From the NCBI RefSeq assembly GCF_000015145.1, contig NC_008818.1:210001-242000 (forward strand): 32,000 nt of DNA, written 5' to 3'. Below the pieces are notes generated by a model that saw only the letters and a program-made list of their open reading frames with translations, did no database searches and had not been told where the DNA came from. The DNA is from Hyperthermus butylicus DSM 5456 (GTDB taxonomy: Archaea; Thermoproteota; Thermoprotei_A; Sulfolobales; Pyrodictiaceae). Within the stretch, counting starts at the first letter, position 1; every line of letters starts with the position of its first letter. Below are positions 1-9,440 of the stretch, in pieces. Position numbers and translations under genes: made by a program.

Positions 1-500
1 GCAGCCAGCCTCCAACGCTGCTAGCGGGGGAGAAGGTGAGGGATCAGTTGTCATCAGTCATAGAGACGCTGCCTGGCAGGCTACGCGGCGAGGTGGGAGC
101 CCGCAGCATACCAGCCAGCGGGGGCCTAGAGCTTGACGGGATGCTGATCCGGGTCTACGAGGCCGTGCATACACTCCCAGCCTACACTGTTGAAGTAATT
201 GTTGACGGGTCGACGCTTGTCTACAGTGGCGATACAGGGCCAACGGGGAAACTCCGAGAACTAGCATCGAGGACTGATCTCCTCGTGGTTGAGGCCTCTA
301 TGCCTCGAGGGATGGAGGTCAAGGCAAGGGAGACCGGGCACCACACTGTGGATGAGGCAGCAGCATACCGCGACCAGATGAGGAGCGAAGCACTACTAGT
401 GCTAACACACCTCACCAGAGAAAGCCTCGAAGACATAAGGCGGCATGGGCTCCCACGCAGAGTCATAGCCGCCTCCGACGGGCTCGTCCTCAGCATCTAG
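1..500 (+). CDS. Metallo-beta-lactamase-fold hydrolase (RNase Z-like), C-terminal part; 5' end runs off the window
   Basis: Frame of ORF 36..500 is open to base 3. Motifs LVYSGDTGPT, DLLVVEAS, GHHTVDEAA and LLVLTHL are typical of the C-terminal half of RNase Z-like MBL proteins. Confidence 0.75.
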   Translation, partial: SQPPTLLAGEKVRDQLSSVIETLPGRLRGEVGARSIPASGGLELDGMLIRVYEAVHTLPAYTVEVIVDGSTLVYSGDTGPTGKLRELASRTDLLVVEASMPRGMEVKARETGHHTVDEAAAYRDQMRSEALLVLTHLTRESLEDIRRHGLPRRVIAASDGLVLSI

Positions 501-575
501 TGCGAGCCTAGCGTAAACACCATACGGAAGCCGTTCCAGTCCACTGCAGCTAGAGCCGAGACAATCATTCGTTGT

Positions 576-1841
576 ATGTGTCCTTGGATTTCTGTGTCAC
601 AAATACTAGCACATTGCTCTCCGGAAATGGTGTTCCAGTGGACTAGCTCAACAAGCTGTAGTGTTCCATACGTAGCAAGCTGTGGAGAGGCCTCTTACCC
701 CAAAGACTACTATGGGCTACTGGGGGGTTTAGCTTTGGAGTGGCTGCGTGGGGGCAGTTGGGAGGAGGTAGCAAGGGAGCTGGGGGAGCTGCGTGCTGGA
801 GAACCTAGTCCGTGCCGTGTTGCAGGTAGCACTGTTGCAGAACCTTTGCCTGTTGCACGTAGGGCTTACAGCCTCTATGCAGATGTGAATCTTAACGATC
901 CTGCTTCGTGGCCTAGTGTGACAAAGCTCCTGGAGGGTATTTCTAGGGTCCTCGAGGAACTCAGGCTTGGTCATCGCTGGCTCGTTGCTGTAAGTGGTGG
1001 CAGCGAGGCAGTATTGACGGGTCTCTACATTGCGAGAGAGTATACGCGGGGCAGGGTGGTTGTAGCGTCTAGTGCTGCCCATGCATCCGTGCTAAAGGCT
1101 GCCCGTGTCCTGGGCATGGAGGTTAAGCTTGTGCAGGTGGACTCTAGGCTGAGGATAGACCTCTACGCCCTGGAGAAGACGTTGAGGGGAGTTCAGAATG
1201 TTGCTGCTATCGTTGCGACAGCAGGTGTCACTGATAACGGTGCTGTGGATCCAGTTAGGGATGTGGCCAAGCTTGCCTGGGAGCATGGTGCAGTAGTGTA
1301 TGTGGACGCTGCTTTTGGCGGCCTACCACTCCTAGGGTTGGGGAGCACCGAGACAGTATTGCCCCGTGGCGGCCCCGCCCTAGCCGGGATAGACTTCCAC
1401 AAGCACGTAGCACCTCCGCCATCCTCCATACTTGTATCAAACACAGCGGAGCTTAGGGACTACATAGTGTTCCCCGCGCCCTACATGCCCTTGGGGAGGC
1501 AGGAGACGCTACTCTGGACCCGGCCAGCATCGGGCCTAGCAGCAGCCTATGCAGCCCTTAGGGCACTAGGAGCCAGTGGCGTTGGAGAGCTAGCAAGATA
1601 CCTCTACAGGCTAGCCTCGAAGCTGGCATCCATCCTCGAGCAGCGGGGTGTAGAGTTGTTGTCGCCTCTCGATACGCCTCTCGTGGCCTTTCGGCCCCCA
1701 AGTGTGGAGGGGGCGTTGAAGAGGCTGAGAAGGAGAGGCTGGATACTCTACCCCTCCAGGCTTCCCGGCATACTGCGCTACGTAGCAAAGTGGTGCCACG
1801 AGCCCGGAGACGTGGAGGAGATAGCGGAGGCGGTAGCCTAG
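576..1841 (+). CDS. PLP-dependent decarboxylase of the MfnA/group II family (tyrosine/aspartate decarboxylase-like)
   Basis: WLVAVSGGSEAVLTG, VYVDAAFGGLPLL and AGIDFHKHVAPPPSSILVSN (candidate PLP Lys after His) followed by a decarboxylase-like C-terminus. The first ~40 residues look non-native, so the start is probably internal. Confidence 0.65.
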   Translation: MCPWISVSQILAHCSPEMVFQWTSSTSCSVPYVASCGEASYPKDYYGLLGGLALEWLRGGSWEEVARELGELRAGEPSPCRVAGSTVAEPLPVARRAYSLYADVNLNDPASWPSVTKLLEGISRVLEELRLGHRWLVAVSGGSEAVLTGLYIAREYTRGRVVVASSAAHASVLKAARVLGMEVKLVQVDSRLRIDLYALEKTLRGVQNVAAIVATAGVTDNGAVDPVRDVAKLAWEHGAVVYVDAAFGGLPLLGLGSTETVLPRGGPALAGIDFHKHVAPPPSSILVSNTAELRDYIVFPAPYMPLGRQETLLWTRPASGLAAAYAALRALGASGVGELARYLYRLASKLASILEQRGVELLSPLDTPLVAFRPPSVEGALKRLRRRGWILYPSRLPGILRYVAKWCHEPGDVEEIAEAVA

Positions 1842-2599
1842 ACAAAGGCGTCCATGCTACGATATATCACGTACATGGAGTAGACGGCTAACACGAGTGC
1901 AGCAGCAGAGACGGCGAGTATAGCTCCGACCACTACATAGGCTGTCTGCATGCTAAACCCGGCAACCTCTATAATCCTCTCGATCTCTGATGGTGTAGTC
2001 AACGCGTACACGGCATAGCGCAACCCGATAATCGAAATGAACAGTATGAGGGGGAGTAGCGCGGCAGCTATGAGGGGGCCGAGCTTCCTCCGGGAGCGAA
2101 ACGCGTGGATCGAAACGAGGAGTGCAAACACGTAGATGCCAAGCATGAGGAAGCCGGCGCGGAGGAATATGGGGGTAAGTATCATGGCTAGCACGGCTGC
2201 AAGGACATAGAGTCTGTAGGCCCGGCGCACATGGGTAAGCCTTGAGGAGAAGTCGTAGTATGAAGCGGCTACATAGTTGGAAAAAACATGCAGGCGCCAA
2301 ACAGCCTCCTCAACCGCCCCACGATCAGACGGGTCAAGCCTTGAAAACGTTCTTAACACACTATCGGCACTCTTATTCAGCGCTACAGCTAGATCGTACT
2401 GGTCTATCCGCAGCTCCCCCAGCACCTTCTGCACAGCGCTGCGTGCTCTCTCAACCTCCCTCAGCGCCCTCTCCTTCGCACGACCATCGAGACGGGACGA
2501 TGCCAGTCTCTCTATGCGGTCAAGCTTCTCTAGCAACCTCCGTAGCTCCTCAGCCGACTGCAACGCATCAGCACGCCCCGGTAGACTGGTAACAAGCAC
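1838..2599 (-). CDS. Hypothetical membrane protein with N-terminal helical region and about 4 TM segments
   Basis: 253-aa ORF with charged helical N-terminus followed by strongly hydrophobic segments; 4-nt tail overlap with the neighbouring gene. Confidence 0.6.
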   Translation of the reverse strand: MLVTSLPGRADALQSAEELRRLLEKLDRIERLASSRLDGRAKERALREVERARSAVQKVLGELRIDQYDLAVALNKSADSVLRTFSRLDPSDRGAVEEAVWRLHVFSNYVAASYYDFSSRLTHVRRAYRLYVLAAVLAMILTPIFLRAGFLMLGIYVFALLVSIHAFRSRRKLGPLIAAALLPLILFISIIGLRYAVYALTTPSEIERIIEVAGFSMQTAYVVVGAILAVSAAALVLAVYSMYVIYRSMDAFV

Positions 2600-2694
2600 T
2601 TACCGTTGGCGCCTAACAGTCATCCACTTATATGCTACGAGGGTTATTAGTAGGAATACTACGCCCCAGCCAAATGCTACGAAGGCCTAGCGCG

Positions 2695-4287
2695 CTAGCC
2701 TTCACGTGGACTCACCCCCCTCCTAATTTCCTCACCATACCTCTTATAGAGGGCCTTATAGTTGAGAGCTAGGCCTATTAGGAACATTATCACCATCATC
2801 GCAACGCCTATCCAGCCGAAGATGTTCTCTGGCTTGGCGGCAGCGGATTCGGTACCTGTTGCCAGGAACCATGCCAGCATTATTATCAGGTAGATTGGTG
2901 TGATAATGCCGACAACGTACTTCCAGTACCACTTCGGCACGGTAATGTAGGCACCATTATGCAGCTCCCTGTAGCTCTCCTCAATGCCCCACAGCCACAG
3001 GGCAGCTACGACCTCGAATAGTGCTACCACTAGCAGCAGCAGGCTACCGGCGTAGAAGTCTACGAGATCGAGGTAGTCCGTCAGCTGGTCAGTCTTCATG
3101 GCGCCCTCAATGTTTACGAATACGCCGGTTATGAATACCATCATGAAGGCTATCCATGCACTATACCTTCTCGCGATGCCGTAATCCTCCTCGAACATCG
3201 AAGTTAGAACGTTAACTATCGCAATGGCGCTTGTTATACCGGCAAACCATAGCAGCGAGTACCAGAGGAAGCCTGCCAGGGCACCAAGGCCTCCTAGGTG
3301 GTTGAATAGTGGTGGCAGGGCAACCATTGACGCAAGGAATATTGAGAGCTTGCCTGCAGCGATGTCCTGTATGATGCTTGGGCCTCCAAACGCGTACAGT
3401 AATGGTATCACGATGCTGCCTCCGAGTACTACCTCGGCGAACTCGTTGAGGGAGGTGGTAGTTAGGGCTGATAGTGGTAGATCGTCCTCCCTGCGCAGAT
3501 AGCTAGCGTAGTTTGGTATGATGCCACCGATACCGATGCTTAGCGTGAAGAAGATCTGGCCAGCACCCTCAATGAATGTTGCAGGGTCCTTTAGCTTCTC
3601 AAAGTTCGGGGTCCAGAGCCACTCAAAGCCCTTAAGCGTGGACCATTCCGGCTTTACAGGAGCGCCAAGGGTTAGCGAGACCGTTGCTAGGATTACAGCC
3701 TCAATAAACAGTATTGGCATCATTATCTTTGCTGCAATCTCAATGCCGCGTCTGACCCTCCTGGATACAATTAGTGTAATTACTAGTAGGGAGATGAACC
3801 ACGCCGGCACATTTCTAGCTGGATCCGTTAGGAAGTCTATGAAGAACGTTTTGGCCTTGGTGGCGTCTGTCAGCTCGGCAAACTTGCCGCTAATTGCTGC
3901 CGTTGCATAGTAGCCCATCCAGCCTATGATATTGGTGTAGTAGCCCGTGATCATTACGCCAGTTAGGAATGCTATGGTGCCACCTATGATTGCAAACGCT
4001 GCTGCATTCTTCTTTGTGAGCCTATTCCTTGAGACTATGTAGAGCATTGGGGTTAGGTAGCCATGGCCATGTAGGCCGCCGTGCCGGCCGAGGGTCCACT
4101 CTACGAACATTAGTGGGATGCCTAGGAGTACAAGGGCTATGAAGTATGGTATGAGGTAGGCGCCGCCACCGTAGGCGGCAGCCTTGCCAGGGAATCTTAG
4201 GAAGTTGCCTAGGCCGATAGCATTACCTGCCATTGCTAGGATGAGGCCTATCCTTGTCGCCCAGTATTCCCTCGTTCGGACAGTCAC
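2695..4287 (-). CDS. Neurotransmitter:sodium symporter (NSS/SNF) family transporter
   Basis: REYWATRIGLILAMAGNAIGLGNFLRFPGKAAAYGGGAYLIPYF is the NSS TM1 signature; GQIFFTLSIGIGG also matches. ORF extends to 4398, but GTG at 4287 is the more likely start. Confidence 0.93.
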   Translation of the reverse strand: MTVRTREYWATRIGLILAMAGNAIGLGNFLRFPGKAAAYGGGAYLIPYFIALVLLGIPLMFVEWTLGRHGGLHGHGYLTPMLYIVSRNRLTKKNAAAFAIIGGTIAFLTGVMITGYYTNIIGWMGYYATAAISGKFAELTDATKAKTFFIDFLTDPARNVPAWFISLLVITLIVSRRVRRGIEIAAKIMMPILFIEAVILATVSLTLGAPVKPEWSTLKGFEWLWTPNFEKLKDPATFIEGAGQIFFTLSIGIGGIIPNYASYLRREDDLPLSALTTTSLNEFAEVVLGGSIVIPLLYAFGGPSIIQDIAAGKLSIFLASMVALPPLFNHLGGLGALAGFLWYSLLWFAGITSAIAIVNVLTSMFEEDYGIARRYSAWIAFMMVFITGVFVNIEGAMKTDQLTDYLDLVDFYAGSLLLLVVALFEVVAALWLWGIEESYRELHNGAYITVPKWYWKYVVGIITPIYLIIMLAWFLATGTESAAAKPENIFGWIGVAMMVIMFLIGLALNYKALYKRYGEEIRRGVSPREG

Positions 4288-4494
4288 TAGTCTATCACCG
4301 TTAATAGTGTGGGAGCCATAGCTGAAAAAAATCTTACCCGGCGAGTAGCAAATTGTGGAAACCTGTCTTGCAATATTAGCTGGCCCGTATAGAGGCACTT
4401 TGTGCAGGGTATTATCGTAAATTATAGAATGTCGGGTGTAACCACACGCACCAGCCTATAATTATTGTTCTTACCCGCACTATATTGCAGGGGA

Positions 4495-5280
4495 TCATGC
4501 AGATGTTCTTTCCGTGACAGCCTTGAGAACGTATTCTGCAAGCTCGCTCCCAAGTGGTATCCATGCTCCGAGCCTCTTGGCCTCCCGGAGTACTGCTTCG
4601 AGAACCCGTATCCTTGCCCCGCGTCCTATGCATTGAGGGTGCATCGTCAATGAGAGGTAGCTGTGCCTCCTAGCTGCATATCTCATCTCGTCTAGCCACA
4701 TCTCCAGTAGCTCCCGTGGCGTGAGGGACCGATGGTACTCCAGATATGGCCAGTCGTCAAGCCTCCAGTCGACGGGTAGCTCTACAAGCCCCTTGCCGAG
4801 GATGTATGGCTCCTCGTCGTCCATGAGGCTGCTATCGTAGAGGTAGCCCCGGCTCCTGAGCAGCTCTAGGGTCCAGGGGCTCCACCTCCAGTAGGGGGCT
4901 CGGAACCCACGTGGCTTGCGGCCGACTATACCGGCTAAAGCCTCCTCCATAGAGGCGAATACCTGCTCTTCAGCGCTACGCGATGATATTTCGTCGAGCC
5001 TCTCATGCATATAGCCGTGTCCTGCGACCTCGTGGCCACGTTCGACAAGGGCTCTCACAAGGTGGGGGTAGCGGCGGGCGACCCAGCCTGGTACAAAGAA
5101 GGTAGCCCTAACACCGTGGGCTTCGAGGACCTCCAGGACTCGCCAGAGCCCTCTCCTCTCCGCAAACCTTCCACGGCTACGTGCCACTGGATCAGCACCT
5201 TTCCAGGCCTCAGCACTGTCAACGTCGAGGTCAAAGCTGAGGAATAGGACAAACCCGTACCCGGCGGGGGGCCGGAACAA
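4495..5280 (-). CDS. Polysaccharide deacetylase (NodB-like) family protein
   Basis: LSFDLDVD, ATFFVPGWVARRYPHLVRALVERGHEVAGHGYMHE, FRAPYWRWSP and LTMHPQ match NodB-type deacetylase motifs. Confidence 0.9.
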   Translation of the reverse strand: MFRPPAGYGFVLFLSFDLDVDSAEAWKGADPVARSRGRFAERRGLWRVLEVLEAHGVRATFFVPGWVARRYPHLVRALVERGHEVAGHGYMHERLDEISSRSAEEQVFASMEEALAGIVGRKPRGFRAPYWRWSPWTLELLRSRGYLYDSSLMDDEEPYILGKGLVELPVDWRLDDWPYLEYHRSLTPRELLEMWLDEMRYAARRHSYLSLTMHPQCIGRGARIRVLEAVLREAKRLGAWIPLGSELAEYVLKAVTERTSA

Positions 5281-5369
5281 GCCCGGTCAACCGCTAGAAT
5301 ACACCTCCACGGCTGGGAGCTAAGGGTGTAATGCCATAGCGGTCACGGCTCGTTGCTGCAGTGTCTATG

Positions 5370-5519
5370 CTAGCTTCTAGTGTCGATGAGATACTCGAGT
5401 CCTACAAGGACGTATATTAGGGCCCATAGGGGGTCGAGGCTGAACTCCTTGGCAGCCTTGTAGATGAAGAGGCCTGCGAGTATTAGGGCTAAGCTGCGCC
5501 GGGCAACTATACATCCCAA
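5370..5519 (-). CDS. Possible small membrane protein (~49 aa)
   Basis: TTG-start frame not in the supplied track; reads LGCIVARRSLALILAGLFIYKAAKEFSLDPLWALIYVLVGLEYLIDTRS*. Amphipathic/hydrophobic content only. Confidence 0.3.
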   Translation of the reverse strand: MGCIVARRSLALILAGLFIYKAAKEFSLDPLWALIYVLVGLEYLIDTRS

Positions 5520-5754
5520 CCCCTAGCAACAAGGCGTAGAGCCATAGCTTCCCACCTCAGAGCAGCGGCGGAGAGCTGGCACCCCTAGAACATTATAGCT
5601 GGTATAGGGGCTAATTAACATATGGTAATGAGGAGTTGTGTAGGCTGTTCCGGTTATAGTCTTCCACCCATGTTTCAGGGCCAATAGACATAAAAACCAG
5701 AAGCAATTTCTTACTAGTAGCAAAATCGGAGAGAAGGTTCGGGGTGTACGAGTT

Positions 5755-6453
5755 ATGCCTCTACAAGCTCCATCCATTGGAGAGAAGTTCCCAGAAATCG
5801 AGGTAATGACAACCCATGGCAAGATAAAGCTGCCAGACCATTTTAGGGGTAAGTGGTTCGTGTTATTTAGCCATCCAGCAGACTTCACGCCGGTCTGCAC
5901 CACAGAGTTCGTAGCTTTTGCCAAGAGGTACGAGGACTTCAAGAAGCTCAACACAGAACTCATCGGCTTAAGCGTTGACAGCACCTTCAGCCACATTAAG
6001 TGGGCTGAGTGGATCAAGGAGAAGCTAGGCGTGGAAATACCATTCCCGATAATCGCCGATCCAACCGGCGAGGTTGCAAAGAAGCTAGGGCTCCTACATG
6101 CTCAGAGCAGCACGGCAACCGTACGCGCTGTATTCGTGGTAGACGATAAGGGTGTTGTGAGAGCTATCCTCTACTACCCGCAAGAGGTTGGCAGAAACAT
6201 TGACGAGATATTGAGGCTGATAGAGAGCCTCCAGATAAGCGACAAGTACGGCCGCGCCATCCCGGCAAACTGGCCAAACAACGAGCTAATCGGCGACAAC
6301 TTGATAGTACCGCCTGCAGCTACGGTACAGGAGGCCGAGGAGAGACTAAAGAAGTTCAAGTGCTTCGACTGGTGGTTCTGCTACGAGGACAAGGCAACAG
6401 CCGAGGAGAAGGAGCTAGCCAGGAAGTTCCTCAAGCGCGTTGCTAACTGCTAG
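5755..6453 (+). CDS. Peroxiredoxin, archaeal 1-Cys/Prx6-like thioredoxin peroxidase
   Basis: [20 protein letters not shown] (peroxidatic Cys), AVPxxWPNNE-type block [19 protein letters not shown], and C-terminal [11 protein letters not shown] resolve as the Aeropyrum-type Prx. Confidence 0.96.
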   Translation: MPLQAPSIGEKFPEIEVMTTHGKIKLPDHFRGKWFVLFSHPADFTPVCTTEFVAFAKRYEDFKKLNTELIGLSVDSTFSHIKWAEWIKEKLGVEIPFPIIADPTGEVAKKLGLLHAQSSTATVRAVFVVDDKGVVRAILYYPQEVGRNIDEILRLIESLQISDKYGRAIPANWPNNELIGDNLIVPPAATVQEAEERLKKFKCFDWWFCYEDKATAEEKELARKFLKRVANC

Positions 6454-6625
6454 TAAACACCTTCAATCCCATAATGAAGCTGGTTAAATCGCTATTTTTT
6501 AACCGCCACTACTTCCATACCGCACCCGCATGCTCTACGACTCCCACCCCACTAGGCTAAGCATGCACGCTCCGGGCTGGCTAGGTTTATACAGACCCTA
6601 TCCCACTCCATCCACTTGGTGGCTT

Positions 6626-6889
6626 GTGTCTAGTAGTGGGGCTACAATCGTTAGGGTCGATGGTAAGGGTAGGGTCACGCTACCCCTCGAGGTTAGGAGG
6701 AGGCTTGGCCTACGAGAGTGGTCTAAGCTAAGGCTCTTCATCGACGAGGAGTCTAAGCGTATTATACTAGAGGTGGAGGCAGGGGTTGCAGAACGGTTTT
6801 ACGGTGCCTTCCCCGCTAAGCAGTGGCCACGGGATGTTGATGAAGCTGTAGCGGAGGCTGTGGTTAAGGCATGGCTAGGAGATACGTAG
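6626..6889 (+). CDS. AbrB/SpoVT-type antitoxin (VapB-like)
   Basis: GATIVRVDGKGRVTLPLEVRRRLGLREWSKLRLFIDEESKRIILE is a classic AbrB swapped-hairpin. ORF extends to 6530; GTG 6626 is the likely start. It overlaps the start of the PIN frame. Confidence 0.85.
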   Translation: MSSSGATIVRVDGKGRVTLPLEVRRRLGLREWSKLRLFIDEESKRIILEVEAGVAERFYGAFPAKQWPRDVDEAVAEAVVKAWLGDT

Positions 6890-7295
6890 ATATTAACGTG
6901 TTCGTCTACTGGCTTGGCGGCCACCCAGAGTATGGAAGGCGTGCACTTGAGTAGATTAAGCGTATAGAGTCTGCGGCGCGTGGTGAGTACGTTACTGCCC
7001 GCATTACGGTCTACGAGACTATAGTGGTGCTCGCGGGGCTTACTGGCCGCAAACTCCGTGACAGAGAGTTTGTGGCGAGCATTATCGAGGCTTTTACCGG
7101 CCTTGAGGGACTGAGAATCATTGATACTACCCGCCAGGCCGCCAGGACCTAGTTAGCGCCGCAAGCCTCATGGAGAGGTATGGGCTGGATTTTGAGGACG
7201 CTGTACACCTAGCCGTTGCCATGCGTAATGGTGTCACTGAAATAGTTTCAAACGACTCAGACTTTGATTCTACTCCACTACGTCGCGTCTTCTAG
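6871..7295 (+). pseudogene. VapC-type PIN-domain toxin, disrupted by an in-frame TAG (6952-6954) and a frameshift near 7145
   Basis: Manual translation from ATG 6871: MARRYVDINVFVYWLGGHPEYGRRALE*IKRIESAARGEYVTARITVYETIVVLAG...GLRIIDTTRQAAR, then the shifted frame DLVSAASLMERYGLDFEDAVHLAVAMRNGVTEIVSNDSDFDSTPLRRVF*. Confidence 0.88.
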
Positions 7296-8683
7296 GCTTC
7301 CTGCCTCTCGACAACCACTACCGTAACGTCGTTTACGTTTGTCCCTGTGTAGCCGCCGGTGTCCACGGTCCTGGCGAGCCTTGAGAAGAGGGTGTATGTA
7401 TCATTGTTGTCAAGATATGCTTTGGGGTCTAGCTGCTTTTCCTCAAGCTCTCTGGGGAGCTGCTCGTCCACTATGGCTCCTGCAGCGGGGCTAGCCCCGT
7501 CAACGCCGTCGGTGCCTATGCATGCGGCCACGTATCTCTCGAGTATCCTAAGTTTTGAGGCTTCAAGTGCTAGGGAGAGGCATAGCTCCTGGTTTCGCCC
7601 ACCAACACCTCGGCCGCGAACAGTCACCGTGGTTTCGCCGCCAGCAATAACAGCTACGAGCCTGGCTCTGCGGGGGTATGCAGGTAGCCCCCGGGCGGCG
7701 GCCTCGGCGAGTGATGCTAGGACTCTCCCAGCCTCCCTAGCCTCCCCCCGCAGCGTATCGGTTAGAACTACTGCTGCTACGCCGTGCGACTCCAGCAGGG
7801 CTGCCGCGGCGGTAAGCGCGTCAAGATTCCTAGCAACAATAATGTTTATCGCCTTAGAGGCTAGAGGATCGCCAGGCTTCAGGGTCTCCCTCGCGGCGCC
7901 AGCAGCCCCCGCCTCAAGGCGCCTCCTAGCCCTCACAGGGATACGATCCAGAAGCCCATACCTGGATAGTACCCGGAGGGCGTCCCGGAATGTTGATGGG
8001 TCCGGCACCGTAGGCCCCGAAGCCACAAGGGACGGGTCGTCGCCGGGCACATCACTCAGTATCAGTGATACGACCCTTTCAGCAGCTATGTAGCGGAGCA
8101 ACTGGCCACCCTTAACCGCTGAGAGGTGCTTTCGCACAGTATTCAACTCATAGATATCGGCGCCAGCCGCCATCAACAACTTGGTAGCAACAGCTACATC
8201 CTCCAGCTCAACCCCCGCCGCGGGTACCTCAAACAAGGCGCTACCGCCGCCCGAAACGAGGAGGAATAGTAGGCTATCCCGCGGAAGCTCCCGGAGGAAG
8301 TCCAGCAGCCTACGGCTAGCCTCCAGCGTCCGAGAGCCGGGAATAGGGTGATCACCTTCCAAAACCTCGATGGGCCCGATACGCCCCCCACCACCGGGAG
8401 GCCCAATAACCATGCCAGCCTCGACGAAGTCGGCGCCGAGAACGTTGATGAGAGCCCTGGCCATAGACGGTGCAGCCTTACCAAAACCGGCCACGTAAAC
8501 GGCTCCGGGGCAGAACCCGCCAGCACCCCTAACCTTCACACAGCCAGAATCGAACCGGGTAACCCATCTTGGAATAACACTGGAGGGGTGAACATGCTCC
8601 AAGGCAGCCTCAAGAGAGTCGAGGACAACACCGTGAAGCCAACTCCTCTCAAGCACGCCCCGGTTACGGATAAACCTTCCCAA
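7292..8683 (-). CDS. Glycerate 2-kinase (MOFRL family)
   Basis: VVSGGGSALFEVP, LSDVPGDDPSLVASGPTVPDPST, AGGETTVTVRGRGVGGRNQELCLSLALEA, and IGTDGVDGASPAAGAIVD. Confidence 0.94.
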   Translation of the reverse strand: MGRFIRNRGVLERSWLHGVVLDSLEAALEHVHPSSVIPRWVTRFDSGCVKVRGAGGFCPGAVYVAGFGKAAPSMARALINVLGADFVEAGMVIGPPGGGGRIGPIEVLEGDHPIPGSRTLEASRRLLDFLRELPRDSLLFLLVSGGGSALFEVPAAGVELEDVAVATKLLMAAGADIYELNTVRKHLSAVKGGQLLRYIAAERVVSLILSDVPGDDPSLVASGPTVPDPSTFRDALRVLSRYGLLDRIPVRARRRLEAGAAGAARETLKPGDPLASKAINIIVARNLDALTAAAALLESHGVAAVVLTDTLRGEAREAGRVLASLAEAAARGLPAYPRRARLVAVIAGGETTVTVRGRGVGGRNQELCLSLALEASKLRILERYVAACIGTDGVDGASPAAGAIVDEQLPRELEEKQLDPKAYLDNNDTYTLFSRLARTVDTGGYTGTNVNDVTVVVVERQEA

Positions 8684-8798
8684 AGACCGTTAACCCCGTA
8701 GAGGAGGGGATCCACGGCGGCAAAAAGGTAGTGGAGGTAAAAGCAGCGAATCGAAGATGGAGTATGCATAGCTCTCTCCTAGCATTCACCAGTTAGGC

Positions 8799-9440
8799 TC
8801 ACAACCCCCTCCAGGGTAGACTGGAGCTGACACCTGTACTGCGAGGCATAGCTGCTATGAGGGCTCCACCCTCCTCCACGTAGGACTCTAAGGCCTCCCG
8901 TACTAGGCGGGATGCAGTCTCATCCAGCATTGCGAAAGGCTCGTCAACCAGCAGCAGTCTAGGCTTTCTAACGAGGGCACGGGCAAGCTCAACCCTCTTC
9001 CGCTCTCCACCACTAAGCCTGCCAGCCTTCTCAAACGCCCTACTCCCGATGCCGAGCTGCTCCAGGATACGCTGCGCCGCCCGCCGAGCCTCGCCAGCCT
9101 CGAGCCCCGCCAGTACACCAGCTAGAACCACGTTATCCAGCGCCGACAAGCTATCAATCAAAACAGGTTCCTGAAAAACAAACCCAATCCACCTACGCAG
9201 CCTCGCCCTCTCAGCCCTCGACAGCCTAGCAAGCTCGCGTCCGAAGACCGCTACGCTACCCCAGCTAGGCTCCTTAAACCCAGCAACGATCATGAGGAGG
9301 GTAGTCTTCCCGGAGCCATTAGGGCCGGTGATGAGTAGAGCCTCGCCAGCCCCAAGGCTAAAGCTCACGTCGCGGAAGACGCAGAGAGAGCCATATGCCT
9401 TACCGAGCCCATGAGCCTCAACAATAAAGCCATTACTCAA
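8799..9440 (-). CDS. ABC transporter ATP-binding protein (LolD/MacB-type); C-terminus apparently truncated or altered
   Basis: Walker A ITGPNGSGKTTLL, signature LSGGERKRVELARAL, Walker B LLLVDEPFAMLDE; the H-loop region reads ALIAAMPRSTG instead of a typical ATHD. Confidence 0.85.
   Translation of the reverse strand: MSNGFIVEAHGLGKAYGSLCVFRDVSFSLGAGEALLITGPNGSGKTTLLMIVAGFKEPSWGSVAVFGRELARLSRAERARLRRWIGFVFQEPVLIDSLSALDNVVLAGVLAGLEAGEARRAAQRILEQLGIGSRAFEKAGRLSGGERKRVELARALVRKPRLLLVDEPFAMLDETASRLVREALESYVEEGGALIAAMPRSTGVSSSLPWRGL

Noticed and set aside
4412-4633. Short ORF upstream of the NSS transporter
   Set aside because: Low-complexity polar composition; overlaps the end of the deacetylase gene and its reading frame shows no protein-like pattern.
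5523-6017. 164-aa minus-strand ORF over the peroxiredoxin start
   Set aside because: Antisense to a confidently identified peroxiredoxin; composition typical of a shadow ORF.
7359-8093. 244-aa plus-strand ORF
   Set aside because: Antisense shadow of glycerate 2-kinase; Ser/Ala/Thr-rich without motifs.
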